From the NCBI GenBank assembly GCA_009602725.1, contig WELB01000024.1, forward strand, positions 133,173 to 173,362: a DNA stretch of 40,190 bases, in the 5' to 3' direction. The translations under genes and the position numbers were made by a program. The notes beneath the pieces are model-generated. The model saw only the letters and a list, made by a program, of their open reading frames with translations, ran no database searches and had not been told where the DNA came from. Of this stretch, positions 25,195-36,451 are shown piece after piece; the stretch's first letter is position 1, and each line of letters opens with the position of its first letter. Source of the stretch: Spirogloea muscicola (lineage: Eukaryota).

Positions 25195-28100
25195 TCAGTT
25201 ACTGATGGAGGCAGCAAGCTCATCCAGCCGTCTGCGGAGGAGCTCGCGATCCTTGTCTGTGAGCTTCGCATCCTCTTGCATCAGCCGCTTGCGCATTGCG
25301 TACGATTCGCTGCCCATGCTGGTCCCAACAACCTGCAATTAGCAGATGTGGGGTGCGTTTAGGGGGCCTGTAACAAGCTGATCGCCAGCTCAATAGAATG
25401 AGGCATGAATACATACGTGAAACTAACATTGCTTGAGAGACAGAAGGCATGCACAGGGTACTAGCGCAGAGTGTCATGATGAAGCCTGCAAACTGCTAAA
25501 AGTATATACTATGAAACTGTAGTTGAAGGAGTAGCTTATCATCTCCAACCTCAATGTAGTTGTTTACATTCCCGCTCTTGTCTGCGGGTGTCAGTGGAGC
25601 GTTCGGATTGTATGTCCAATTGCCATCAACAACATACTTGTACTGGTAACGTCCAAACTGTCAAATAAAACCCATGCCTAATCATTCTGGGCACTGAAGC
25701 GCCAGTAAGGCTTGGGATCACACACAGACTGTATCAGACACTCAAAGTCATGCTCAATAATGGTCACCTTCTCAGATTGTTCTCCTTTACATCCTTCATG
25801 ACATGTGCAGCCTAGTCGAAGTGTAAGCTGTGCAGCAGTGCATGGGCATCTTACAGGTAGCTCACGCTCCAGGACCCATCGCTGCAGCTTCGTGTCGTAT
25901 TCAAGCGGAACCTTCTGTGAGGCCAAGAGACGGGCTTAAGAGTGTGCATGCATCACCAAGTTGCAAAACTGAGTGGCCGCCGGGCACAATGATTTGCAGT
26001 CGACACAGGACTCACATTGAACCAGCCTACGTCGAGGCCAGCAATTTCAACTTGGTTTGCCGAGCCCCCTTGCCGCCACTGCAGCCTGACCAGCTCTCTC
26101 TCGTGACCAGTCAACTGCACATTTGTCCCTTCAAGTTATTCAGCCACTGCATGGGAAGTCTCAATACCAGTGCATAGAACTAGCACCTGAAACATGCAAC
26201 AAATGGCACATGAGGCATATGCAAGCCGATACCAGAATATGCAGTGAGTGCATATTTCGTGTGCAGAGCTGCTCTTTGTGATGGTCGCCTTACTAGATCG
26301 ACAGTGGCACTGCGAATGGCCTCCAGCTTAGGGCTGCAGCGCCGAACTTTCTACTTCCACACAGAAGCCACTTACAACAGACACTTCAGAGACGAAGCCT
26401 CAGACCTCTAGAGTAGTGAGCTCATATGTTAGAAAGTTGTTGCAGGTGCAGAGCGTTGTCAGAGCAATGTACAGCATCTGTGGCTAACACCAAGTCTCTT
26501 CTGGGAGGTAGAATGACCTCCAAGATTCAGTATGACCTTGTCATCTGTGCGTGGGAAGGACAATTGTCTGCTTGGTGGTGAGGATATATAGCTACCTGAA
26601 GATCAGCATTCACCTCCAGCAAGTCATATCCTCGCAACCAAGTCATATAGGCTAGCTGCATGACCATGAGGAAAGTTTGAGACATCAAGCACACGGAAAT
26701 CATCACAGCCAAGCATGCTATATCCTTGCTGTACCCTTGCTAAATTTATGAACCATTTGATCAGTCAAACTCCTTCTAGTTTCTTAATGCCTATCACCTA
26801 CAAGGACCAGATAATGTAGGTCATCAACAGACCGCAACAGCAGGCGCTCGTCCAAGTCCAGCTGTGCAGTGCACATATGCATTCCCGCCTCGTTCTTGGA
26901 AGGCTCGATGTAGCTTTGCAACAGCAGTGGGCAGCTCCCTTCTCAGGCTGAAGGGGTCAAAGTCCCTACGAGCCCGCAAGAGATACTAAATGAGCTCAGA
27001 TGCAAGTGGTACGCCTATATATCCCCATCACAGCGTAACTACAGTGCCAATCCTGAAGCCTCTTTACTCCTCTCATGTCAAGACTCTAGCTCTTGTTCAG
27101 CCAACTCAGTGTGTTCCAAATTTGAATACCTTATTCCCGATCTCACATGCTCGATGTCACCTCTTTCGGCTGCCCTAGCCTGAATGGCAGCCAGGTCCAG
27201 ATTGAAATATCTGTCACCAACAAGCACTGAAGGTCACTTGCATAACGGTGATGAGACAACAGAGTCTTTGCATGCCCAATGAAGCGTCATGTGATCTGCG
27301 CAAGGCCAGGTCAGCTATGCTTGCGTCCTTGAGTTGGCTCAGTTGATGCTAACCCAGCTTGCATGAGGTGACGGAATGCCTACTGTAGGTCTTGCTCTTG
27401 CTGGAGACACAGGATGGTGCTCACTCCAGCACTGTCACGGAGATGATCAACATCGTCTGGCTTCTGCAAAGATTGTAGTAAGAGCCCAAGTCATCAGAGA
27501 GAGTCTGCAGCAAGCAAACAACAGTTGCCATCCAATGTATCAGATCTCAAAAGGTCACGCTTTGTAAGAAGGGTCATTCTCTGAAGCTCACCTGCGGGCA
27601 GGAGCCGACAATGAGATCTGGTAGAAGATAGGAGTAGTTCATCCCCAACTCATGCCTGTAGACAAGAGCTGCAGCAAAGAAGAACGCACCGTCTCCTCCA
27701 AAGTAAGATAACTCTGGGCCCAAAGCGCTTCCTGCTCTCATTGTCATGACCACATTCATCCTGACTATGCTACAGGACAGCTCTCATACTACTGGAGAGC
27801 AATATGAAGCACATTCATCCCTGAAACATGCCACAGGTCAGCTCTCCTACTAAGACATGTCTTGCTCACAGACCTGCATCGCCCATCGCTTGCTGCATTG
27901 TGGAGGAGTACTCCTTGGCCTTCTGCTCATCGTCCTGCCTGGTGCCCTCCGCTTCTTTCCGCTGAGCAAGGGGCCGTACACAGCCACCGACTGCTTCCAT
28001 GGTCAATGCGGAGGACCTTAAGGTGGCTCCCTCCGACGTTGCAATCCAGGTCCCCATGTGGAGCGGGCAGACCAGCCGGGCGGACTGCCTGGGACCTGTC

Positions 28101-28585
28101 AAGCGGGACGACGAGCCAGGTGTCCCACAGGCCCGAGTGCGGCCAGCGAGCCCAGGAGCTGGCATCGCACCTCAGCCTCCACGCGATCCGCCCAGATGAT
28201 GCCGTCCTTGACGCCCTGCTGCGCCACCGCGTCCGCCCGCACGACCAAGGCCCCGCCGCGCGAGCCGGGCGCTGCCGGATCTCCGCGAGCTCGGCCGCCG
28301 CGGAGGGGGCCGCCACGGAGGAGCACGTGGCCAGTGCGGAGCACAAGCCAGTGGGCCTTCGTCGCAGGACCGTTCGCCGCGGCGCTCGCCTGACGGCATG
28401 CCGCTCCGCCAGCGAGCCTGTCGGCCGCCAAGCAGGAGCTCTCGGCCGTGTGAGTGCCGTGCTGCGGCGAGCTCAAGCTACTAGGCACGCGCAAAGGCCA
28501 GTCGCCGCCGCGGGCGTCGCGGCGGCCGCAGCTCGCGCGGCGTCCGCCGGCACTCACTCTCGCCTCGCGCCAAGGCAGCGGAGTC

Positions 28586-28618
<33 letters not shown>

Positions 28619-28643
28619 AAACGCCGCCGCCCGCGGCGGCCAT
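25195..28643 (-). CDS. SEX4: Phosphoglucan phosphatase SEX4/DSP4 (plastid transit peptide, DSP domain, CBM48)
   Basis: 13 exons: 28643-28558, 28417-28171, 27961-27874, 27668-27592, 27463-27384, 27210-27130, 26965-26833, 26655-26596, 26350-26294, 26114-26016, 25914-25855, 25657-25550, 25332-25195. Motifs [76 protein letters not shown]. The first two exons are less certain. Confidence 0.93.
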
Positions 28644-28847
28644 GGCGGTCCGGCGGGCTTCCAGCCGAGACGCGGCCGCCGAGGAATCGCGGCCTGATTC
28701 TGCCAAGTGGCCTCTGGTGAGGCGGGCCGGGCTGGCCGCGACGTCAAAAGAGAGAAGGCGCGCGGTGCGCATGAAATTGAAAGGGAGGCCAACTCTAGCC
28801 TCACAAATGTCATTTTAACTGGGTAGTGAGCTGGCTAAGGGGGGACA

Positions 28848-29250
28848 CTAATATCCCCGAATGAGCACATGCATATCTGACAAGCTATACTGAGGAGCCA
28901 AACCACCCCCACGGAAGCCATTAGCCTGGGCTAATGCACGACCGGCACGCTGGTGGATCGCGAGTGCCTGAGAGCGCTGCAGACTCAACGATAACCGCAT
29001 TCTAAAGCATGCAACTATGGCTTGCGGGACGCTAGAATGGCCTAAGCTACCTGCCCGACTACGTCGGCGGGCATTGACATGCAGTGCCAGGCGATGGAGG
29101 AGGGCAGACCACTTCGTTCTATAGCCGCCGTAGATGTCCATGGCGCATGGGACGAAGTGGTCGCCCCGGGGGTGGTCACTATAGTGCCTCTCCTTCTTCC
29201 TCTCCGCATGATGTGTCGCCCAACCTGGCACAGTCGGTGTGGGTGCCTCT
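28848..29250 (-). mobile_element. 5'-truncated REL-endonuclease (CRE-like) non-LTR retrotransposon fragment
   Basis: Open frame PGWATHHAERKKERHYSD...HFVPCAMDIYGG...FRMRLSLSLQRSQALAIHQRAGRALA...SLSDMHVLIRGY*, homologous at protein level to the 9963-10301 and 34079-34400 copies. A hairpin end (gctgtgaaagccagcc, 29296-29311) lies just upstream. Confidence 0.8.
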
Positions 29251-30871
29251 GGTTGGAAAAAGGAACGAGATGCGGCTGCTGATATTGGTCGAGCAGCTGT
29301 GAAAGCCAGCCAGAGACGTCGGAGAGACGGACGACGACGGCCAGAGCGGCCACGTAAAAGGCAAGCAAGCCCATGTTCCTGCGACGAAGGCACGCCAGGC
29401 CCGAGCACGACTGCAGGCCGCCTGCTGCTGCGTCCACCCCGCTCGGCACGCCGCGCACGCAGAGGCAGCACGGAGAGGCCGCCGGCCGAGGCCCGGATGC
29501 CGAACGGCGGGCGGCACCACCCCCCCCCACCAGCCGCAGCTCGCTCATGTTGCTGGTGCAGAGCATGGGCCAAGCGAGCTGCGGACACACCGACTTGCGG
29601 CTGCGCAAGACCCAGAGACACGCGCCGGCAGACCCATCTCGGCTGGAAAGCCCATCCTCGCACGTCGTGTACAGCCTAGCCTGGCGTTGCCTCCAGTGAG
29701 ATGCGGGGACCTAAGCAATCATGTGTCAGACTGCAGCTGATGGGCTGTGATCACCACGCCGGCAGTCCAAGTAGTGCTGCACCTGCTTTTTTTTCGCAAC
29801 ACCCACCGCGCGACCAGCACTGGAGGTCGACGCTGGGCCTTTACACGCTTGGGGACAACCACGTCAAGTGATGCACGCATTCCGCGGCCAGTTGTGCCCC
29901 CACAAAGACAAATGCAGCGTGATATTGCCCCTGAGCGTCCGTGGTGATGGGCACCATATCCTTACCTCTACATATTACACGGCAGCCCATGTCTCGCATT
30001 AGCCCATGTCTCGCATCAACACCGCCAGAGGTAAGTCGGAGGAGGTGATTGCACCAGGTCAGGGCAAGAGTCGGGGATGGGGAGCTCGGTGGAACCATAG
30101 CAGGACTACCCGCACGAGGAAGCAGGAGACTTGTGGCAGCTTGCAGCGGGGGTGTCCACGAGCCAAGTCTTAGCGCAATGGCCGGATTGAGGTGCAAGAG
30201 TCCGCCTGGTGACTGTGGCATGCCTTTGCTGGACCTCGTCTGCTCGTACGACTTGACTCGGGGCTGCGAACGAGCGAGGCACAGCCGCACAGGCACCAGT
30301 CCAGCCACAAAGAGTGGGTCCCGAGGTTGGGCCCACAGCGCAGAGGCGGATCATGCACCTTGAGACGGCGTGGGGCGATGCATGCATGCACCATCAGCGG
30401 CAACGCCGCCGCCAACGCCGCCACCGCCGCCGCCGCCGCTGCGCGTGCCGCCCGCTGGCTCCGCCATCTCTCGCGGCGCTCCGCGGCCGCGCTGGCGTCG
30501 GACCCATACCACGGCGGCCTTGCTTTCCGCAAGCAAGCACGTGGAGGCCCTCCAACGTGGGCCGCGAGAGTGGCTTCCGACGTCAGGTGCCCTCCGACGA
30601 GGCGACGCTTCGCACCATCTGTGGTCGCGCCGCTGACCGTCTAGTCATTTGCATGCGCCAGGCGCCTTGGCAAAGCGGGCGCCTGTCAATCGCGCTTCGA
30701 GCTGCCTATGTCTGAACTGAACAGCATGCTTACTCTGGAGGAGCAGCAGTACGCTCGAGCAACTCAGACGTTAACTATGCGTACTGTGCCTGCCTCTGCG
30801 CACACCCTCACGGCAGCTACGCACCAGCAGCTTGGCAGGAGCCGGAGATAGCCGCGGCGCACGCCACGGTT

Positions 30872-31277
30872 ATGGCGCAGCTGGTCAGAGACACAGGCGA
30901 GCAAGATGCCGACCAGAGAGCTGATGCAGCGCAGTCGAAGTACGAGCAAGTAATCACGCACGCCGAGCAGGCCATAGAGCACACCGCTGATTCGATTGAG
31001 CAATATTGGTCAAGAGTGCGTGAGGCTTCGTACGATGCCAAACGGGAGGCTGTTGAGGAGTATGAGCGAGCAGCCGAAGCAGCCCATGCGCGGTACGAGG
31101 AAGCCAAGAGGCATGTGGAAGAAGCTAAGCACTACACTGGAGAGGCGGCAGGCGAGGCAAGGCGGCGGGCTGAAGAGGCAACTGAACGAGTCAGGCTCGA
31201 GGCCGCTGAGAAGGCTGAACGAGCCCGGCAACTCACGGCGGAGCTAGAGGGCAAGCTAGCCCACATTCTAGAGAAGG
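30872..31277 (+). CDS. LEA-like / hydrophilic helical protein exon (gene boundaries unresolved)
   Basis: Ala/Glu/Lys/Arg-rich repeats (YDAKREAVEEYERAAEAAHARYEEAKRHVEEAKHYTGEAAGEARRRAEEA). GT donor after 31277. Possible further exons at ~31451 and ~31655 and an upstream GC-rich exon at ~30378-30586, but phases do not join cleanly. Confidence 0.5.
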
Positions 31278-32184
31278 TGAGACCGATTGCAGGACCGGTG
31301 CACCTCAGTCCTACCAACTGCGACCTGAACCTGATAACGCGCAACGTGCCCAGCAGAATGCAAACAAATGACATCTGATCGGGCGCATCCGAGATGATCA
31401 GCTCGTCGGTCGTCGACTCCCTGCGCCTGACCTTAGCAGTCCTGCTGCAGGTCAGTGACTACATGAGGGACATCATGAAAGCGAGAAAGGGTGAGAGCCT
31501 CCGGCAAGAGTGACTGCGCAATCAATTTCCAGAGATCGCCCCTGCCAAGCAACCTCCTGTACCCTGGGGGCGACAAGATTGGTGATGCCCTCAACTCCAA
31601 CATCATCTGCTGGCCATGCTTGATCAAGCCTGGTATACTCCCCTGTTGACACAGGTCCAAGCGTCCGACATACATGACACGCTTGCACCAGTACTTGGAA
31701 CCCCTGAAATGGCAACAGAGATCCTCGTGAGAGCGGCTGCTGTACAGAATCACCTCCATGGCAGCTTGCTGGACGATTTAGACTGGTGCGGCACGCGAGC
31801 TATCTAGAAAAGTCCATCTTTAGTGGCCTGGCGCAAGCGAGCTCCACGGCAAGGGACTGATGAAAGACTAGCTTGCAACTGACTGCGAAGGCTGTCCTCT
31901 CCTGTGAAGTGCTCTAGGTCCACAGATCTCATGCTCATTGGAGCACCTCGTGGACTCCATAGCTTGAATGTGGGGTTTGCCACAGCACAATACGCTCTTG
32001 TAGCGTAAGGGTGGTCAAAAGATGAATCTTATGTGTAAGCGCTAGATTGTGCACACTGGGTCCAGTGGCTCATGGAGCACCAGTGAGCAACGGCTCAACC
32101 TCAGGAGGAGGAAAAAGCGTGCTGGCCAGGCACGGCTCGGTAGAAGACTGGGAACTCAGAGGCGGACACGGGCACGAGGTGTAT

Positions 32185-33239
32185 TCACAATATTGTACAA
32201 ACACAGCACTTGCTCTGCTTTGGCAACGTGACCACCGTCGACGTCCCCGGCTCTGAGAAGAGTAGCGGTTCGGCCAACGGTCGTTGGTACTGCGGCCTTC
32301 GCTTCTCCAGGTACTCCTGCCACTCCTGCTCGACGCTCCGTACTGGACCAGTCCTAGCCTCCGGTAGCTGAGCCTGGGCCTGCTTGGTCTCAAACAAGAG
32401 GTCCTCCCGGCTCCCCCACCGCAGGCTGTCGTCAGGAGGCCGTGCAAGGCCAGGATATGGGGCCCGTGTTGGCGCCTGGACCGAGGTCTGGGACGTCACT
32501 GCTTTCCGCAGGTCCTGCACAAGCGTTGCCTCGCGGTAGACCTTGTCTGCTTCCGCCAGGAGCTCCGACGCCTGCATCGATATCTTGGATGAGTAAACGT
32601 CGTGCGAAGTGGCAGAGGCTCGGCAATGGGGTGACCCCGACATGCCCTTGCAGACACTGAAGATGTTTCCTATTGCCGTCGCATACGCAATCACCTCCCC
32701 GAGATGCAAATTTGGCTGCAGGTCGGGACTCTGGAGGCTGTTTGCATGCGTGCTTTGACGCAGTCGTCACCCCAGCGCGCATGGTGGCATGGTGGCGGTG
32801 CCAGCAGACGAGCGTTCACCTTGTGCTCGTGGCCGTGCCGGGCCTCCTCAAGCGCGATCTGAGCGAGAGCGCGGCGCAGCTCAGGCGCGTCAGCACGACT
32901 CGCCACACAGGGCTCCCCTGGCCGCAATGTAAGACGGCTGTGGTGCCATTGTGGCATGGCTCTGGGCTGACGACCGGGAGGAGGGGCAAGGGAAGGCCAG
33001 CAGCCCCTACGAGGGCGAGTGGCCGTCAAGGCAGCCGCGGCGAGCACGGCGGCGAGCGCGGCGGCGATGGCGGCAGCGGCTGGGGAGGGGCCACGGTTGA
33101 AGGTGCTCACCCTGCGCAGGCGGTACTCCTCCTCCTCCAACAGCCGCGCCTCGTCGGCCAGCACCTTCACGGTGATGCGCTGCCGCCCCAGCGGCTGCCG
33201 CCGCGCCGCGCCGAAGGCGCTCGGCGACGGCGCCGCCAT
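32185..33239 (-). CDS. CaaX-terminated protein resembling a plant heterotrimeric G-protein gamma subunit with a long internal insertion
   Basis: Exons 33239-33111, 32858-32820, 32583 (or 32715)-32185. N-terminal GRQRITVKVLADEARLLEEE, late LAEPLLFSEPG, C-terminal KCCVCTIL*. The true start may lie beyond the N gap at 33261-33278. Confidence 0.6.
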
Positions 33240-33960
33240 GTGCGGCCCCGGCCCCGGCGGNNNNNNNNNNNNNNNNNNGCCCGATGCCGCCGCCGCCGCC
33301 GCCGCCGCGGCCGCCGACAAGGGCGCAGGAGGGGGGGGGGGTCTCTGCCACGGGGGGGAGGGCAAGGGTTGGGCCTCCTAGTCCTGGCCGCCGGGAAAGA
33401 GCAACCAGCTGGCAGTCACGGGGGCGCCGGTTCGAACCCGCGCGGCGCCCCGTCAAGAGCTGTTTCCAAGCCCGGGGGGGTGAATTCATCGCCGGAGCCA
33501 CCACCCCCGCCCGGTCACCCGCCCCCTTTCCCCGTCTTGGAGCATTCGCCCACCGATTTTGCGCCCCCCCGCGTTTTCCCGTTACCCGTTTCCCGTTTCC
33601 TCTATTGGGCAGCCTGCCCGGTGGGGGGGTACCCGCTTCCTCCATGCGGGCGACGCGGGTCCGGCGCCAGACTGGCCCCCAGGCGGGGGCCCTCAGGTGC
33701 CCGTCCTGTGGCGGCCCCCGCCCCAAGCTGCCATGGCAGGCAGGCCGCGCAGTGCCTCGGGCTGCCTCGCTGCCCCGCCTGCCGTCTACAGTGCTGGTAA
33801 GCGCCCTCCGCCGCTAGCCGCCACGCTCGGCCCCGGCGGCGCCGCCCGCGCCGCCCCAACTCTGCGTCGGCACGGCTTCCCCTCTCCGCAGATCAGGAAT
33901 GTGAGCTCTTCCAGATATACGAGAAGTGGCTCTCTTCTTCTTCTTCCCAATGGAAGCAAG

Positions 33961-34400
33961 GGCTGTGAGAAGAAGTGGCACTCCCAGTGGGGGAAGCCAG
34001 CCCACAAGGTTCGAAGGGGCCAAACTACGTAGGGGCCAGAGGCGCTAGCTCTAATTAAACTAGGGAAGGATGAATCACTCAATAACAGCGAGTGAGGAGC
34101 CTCAAATCCGACAGACTAGCTGGCGGAAAACATGGCGAAGCACTAAGGCGAAGCACTAAGAAAACATGCCCCTGACGAAAGCCAGAGGCAGCATCGAGAG
34201 CACGGCCAGCACGCAGGTGCAAAGCGTGGGCCATGGACCGCTGAAGGGATACGGCTAGTCGCATGCGATAGACTTGGGCCAGCGGCGTTGAAGTCAGCCT
34301 GCTCACCTCGCCTGCGGGACACAGCGCGTCGCGCTAGCCTGGCCAGCAGGTCGAGCCACTGGGACCCAAGAGCCCCGTGCACATCCACGGCCAGGGTTAC
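33961..34400 (-). mobile_element. 5'-truncated REL non-LTR retrotransposon, family B, with 3' UTR
   Basis: LAVDVHGALGSQWLDLLARLARR[fs]..VYRMRLAVSLQRSMAHALHLRAGRALDAASGFRQG...SLSDLRLLTRCY* (stop 34079-34081). The 3' end is ...cacagcc at 33961. Confidence 0.78.
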
Positions 34401-34407
34401 GGCCAAG

Positions 34408-34640
34408 GGCTGTGAAAAGCCAGCCCGAAAAGATTTCACGAAGGTGCGAAGGGGCCAAATGACGGAGGCGCCTAAAAGGCTAAGGCAGAACGGGTGTAGG
34501 ATGGACCACTCAGCAGCTACGAGTAAGGAGCCTCTAATCCGACAGACTAGCTGCCGGAAAACAATCCCCCTGACGAAACCCAGAGGGTGCAGCAAGAGCA
34601 CGGCCAGCACGATGTAAGCTCATCCATAGCGGGCGGGAAA
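34408..34640 (-). mobile_element. Second tandem family-B copy (extreme C-terminus plus 3' UTR)
   Basis: SLHRAGRALAAPSGFRQGDCFPAASLSD*RLLTRSC*. DNA repeats the 34085-34215 region. Its 3' end ggctggcttttcacagcc (34408-34425) abuts the 5' truncation of the previous copy. Confidence 0.75.
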
Positions 34641-34707
34641 GGAGGGCCACAGTCCAAAGGGTCGAAGGGCGATAAAACACAGATCTATGGGTAACGAAGC
34701 TCACATC

Positions 34708-35157
34708 CGCTGTAGTCTCTTGCATATATCAACAGCGCTGCCAAATTGGCTGGTGGCTGTGAGAGGTGTGAGTCTCTTGCATAGCTGTGTGGTTTAGGTG
34801 CCATCCGTCCCTTTGAACCTTGTCTACTCTGGACTGGATTTTCTTTCTGGTCTGGATTTTTACGGCCTCTGCCACACTGGAAGAGCTGTTGTTATGCAAG
34901 AGACTACAGCGATTAGGAGCTAGTAACCCCAGGATAGCAGCCGCAACACTGAGTAACTTGCAGCGAAGAAACTGCCCTTCCAGAGTAAGGCAACGGCTAT
35001 GAGAGGCCGGCCGAATGCAGAAGGCCTGAACTGAAATGAGCACTTCCAAAAGCGGCGGGGGCTGTGAAAAGCCAGCCCAGGAAGTATGGACAAGGTCTAA
35101 TGGGCCGAAAGGCGCCAAAAGCACACAGCTATGCTAGAGACTACAGCAAATGGGAGC
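34708..35157. repeat. Further diverged element 3' ends in both orientations, forming overlapping inverted repeats
   Basis: Perfect 19-bp inverted repeat 34708-34726 / 34893-34911 (cgctgtagtctcttgcata). A second imperfect ~31-bp inverted repeat 34771-34802 / ~35111-35142. Hairpin ends at 34755-34766 and 35060-35095. Confidence 0.65.
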
Positions 35158-36451
35158 TATGGCACGGCGTTCCCCCCACCCTGCCGGCCCTTTGCCCTTG
35201 CCGCAGCGTCCGTGCAATCAATCACGCCCGCCGCCATCGCTCCACCAAGTGGGCGGCTCACTGTCTGGCCCGGGCAGGTCACTGTGGAGGGCTGGCCAGT
35301 GTGAATCTGCTGCGAGCTGGACCCAGATCCCACACCAGTCACATGGGCGCTGCTTCCCACACATGTCAACGCAAGCAAGCGCAGCAATTGCGAGTGCAAA
35401 GAATGGGCTCAAGAAATTCAAGCCCTATGCTGAGGGGTTTCTAAGGCAACAGTGCGAGAGACACCACCCACACGACGCTCTCACTGCCACAGGGCCGCAA
35501 GCTCCAACTCCAGTATAGGGGAAGAATCTGGAGTCGGCGTTCTGGAGCCATCGTTGTGGATTCTGCCTTACTTACAACAACTGCAGCATTGGCTTGCGGG
35601 CACTCTTTGCCAAGCAAAGGACGGAGTTACACCCTGCAGGAGCTGCTCGTCCTCCGCATGGCAGGTCTGGCCCTCTGCTCTTCCAGTGCATGTTGCACCA
35701 TGCAAATTGCCATTGAGCTGGCTTTCTTCGCCTGCTGGCAACACGCCACCGCTGCATTGCCAAAGCTGCAGCTTCGGTGCCCAGCCCTCCGACTGCAGGC
35801 CTTATGGAGCAGGCACATGCACTGTGTCTCCATGTCAGCCCGAGTATTGGCAGCCATGTCACCATAATGGCTGCGCCACGAGTCCGGACATCTTGCACAG
35901 TAATTCTGCTACTTTGATCAGGCTCCAGATGTGGAGCTTGCTTCAACACGGGGAGCGCCAGACCAGGTCCACAATCAATCACAAGAGCAGTACTAAATGG
36001 CGTCACAAGGCTGGTTTTCTAAGTGCTGCAACTTTCTTGGGCTAAGCAATACATGGGTTCGCTCCAGCCGCAGCGGATGGCAGGGGAAGGTTTTTAACAT
36101 CCTCCCAAGCCCTGCTTGTATCCATGTCCTTGGAGCTGAACCAGTTCCAAGCAGCATTGAGCGACAGTCGCGTGTCTCAGTGACTGAACACCCACACTGA
36201 TAGCCACTCTGCTATCGTGGCCTGCTGTGAAGGAGATAAAGATAGCCTACAGTTAGATGGCTGGCGACCCAGGGTGCAGGCTCCTTGGTGTAAGATACCC
36301 CATGAAACGAGAAATCAGGTGAACAAAAGCATAAGATTTACAATCTGGGAGTCAAATTGGGTGCAAGTTTGTCATTGAGCTTCTTGGCGCCAGACAGCCA
36401 GCACGGGTGCACAAACATCAATGGAAGGTACGTGCGGACTGGCACTCCCTC

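Noticed and set aside
25195..28643. LSF1 or LSF2 as the identity of the glucan phosphatase
   Set aside because: No PDZ domain (against LSF1) and a CBM48 is present (against LSF2). The YRHELGMNY and HCTAGLGRA motifs fit SEX4.
33420..33451. GGTTCGAACCC (tRNA T-loop/B-box-like) inside a GC hairpin ggggcgccg...cggcgcccc
   Set aside because: No D-arm, anticodon arm or A-box could be folded. The region adjoins an N gap and is homopolymer-rich, suggesting low-quality sequence.
35160..36350. Several 100-200 codon ORFs between the retroelement cluster and the AIM24 3' end
   Set aside because: They overlap on both strands with no motif or coherent exon chain; unresolved.
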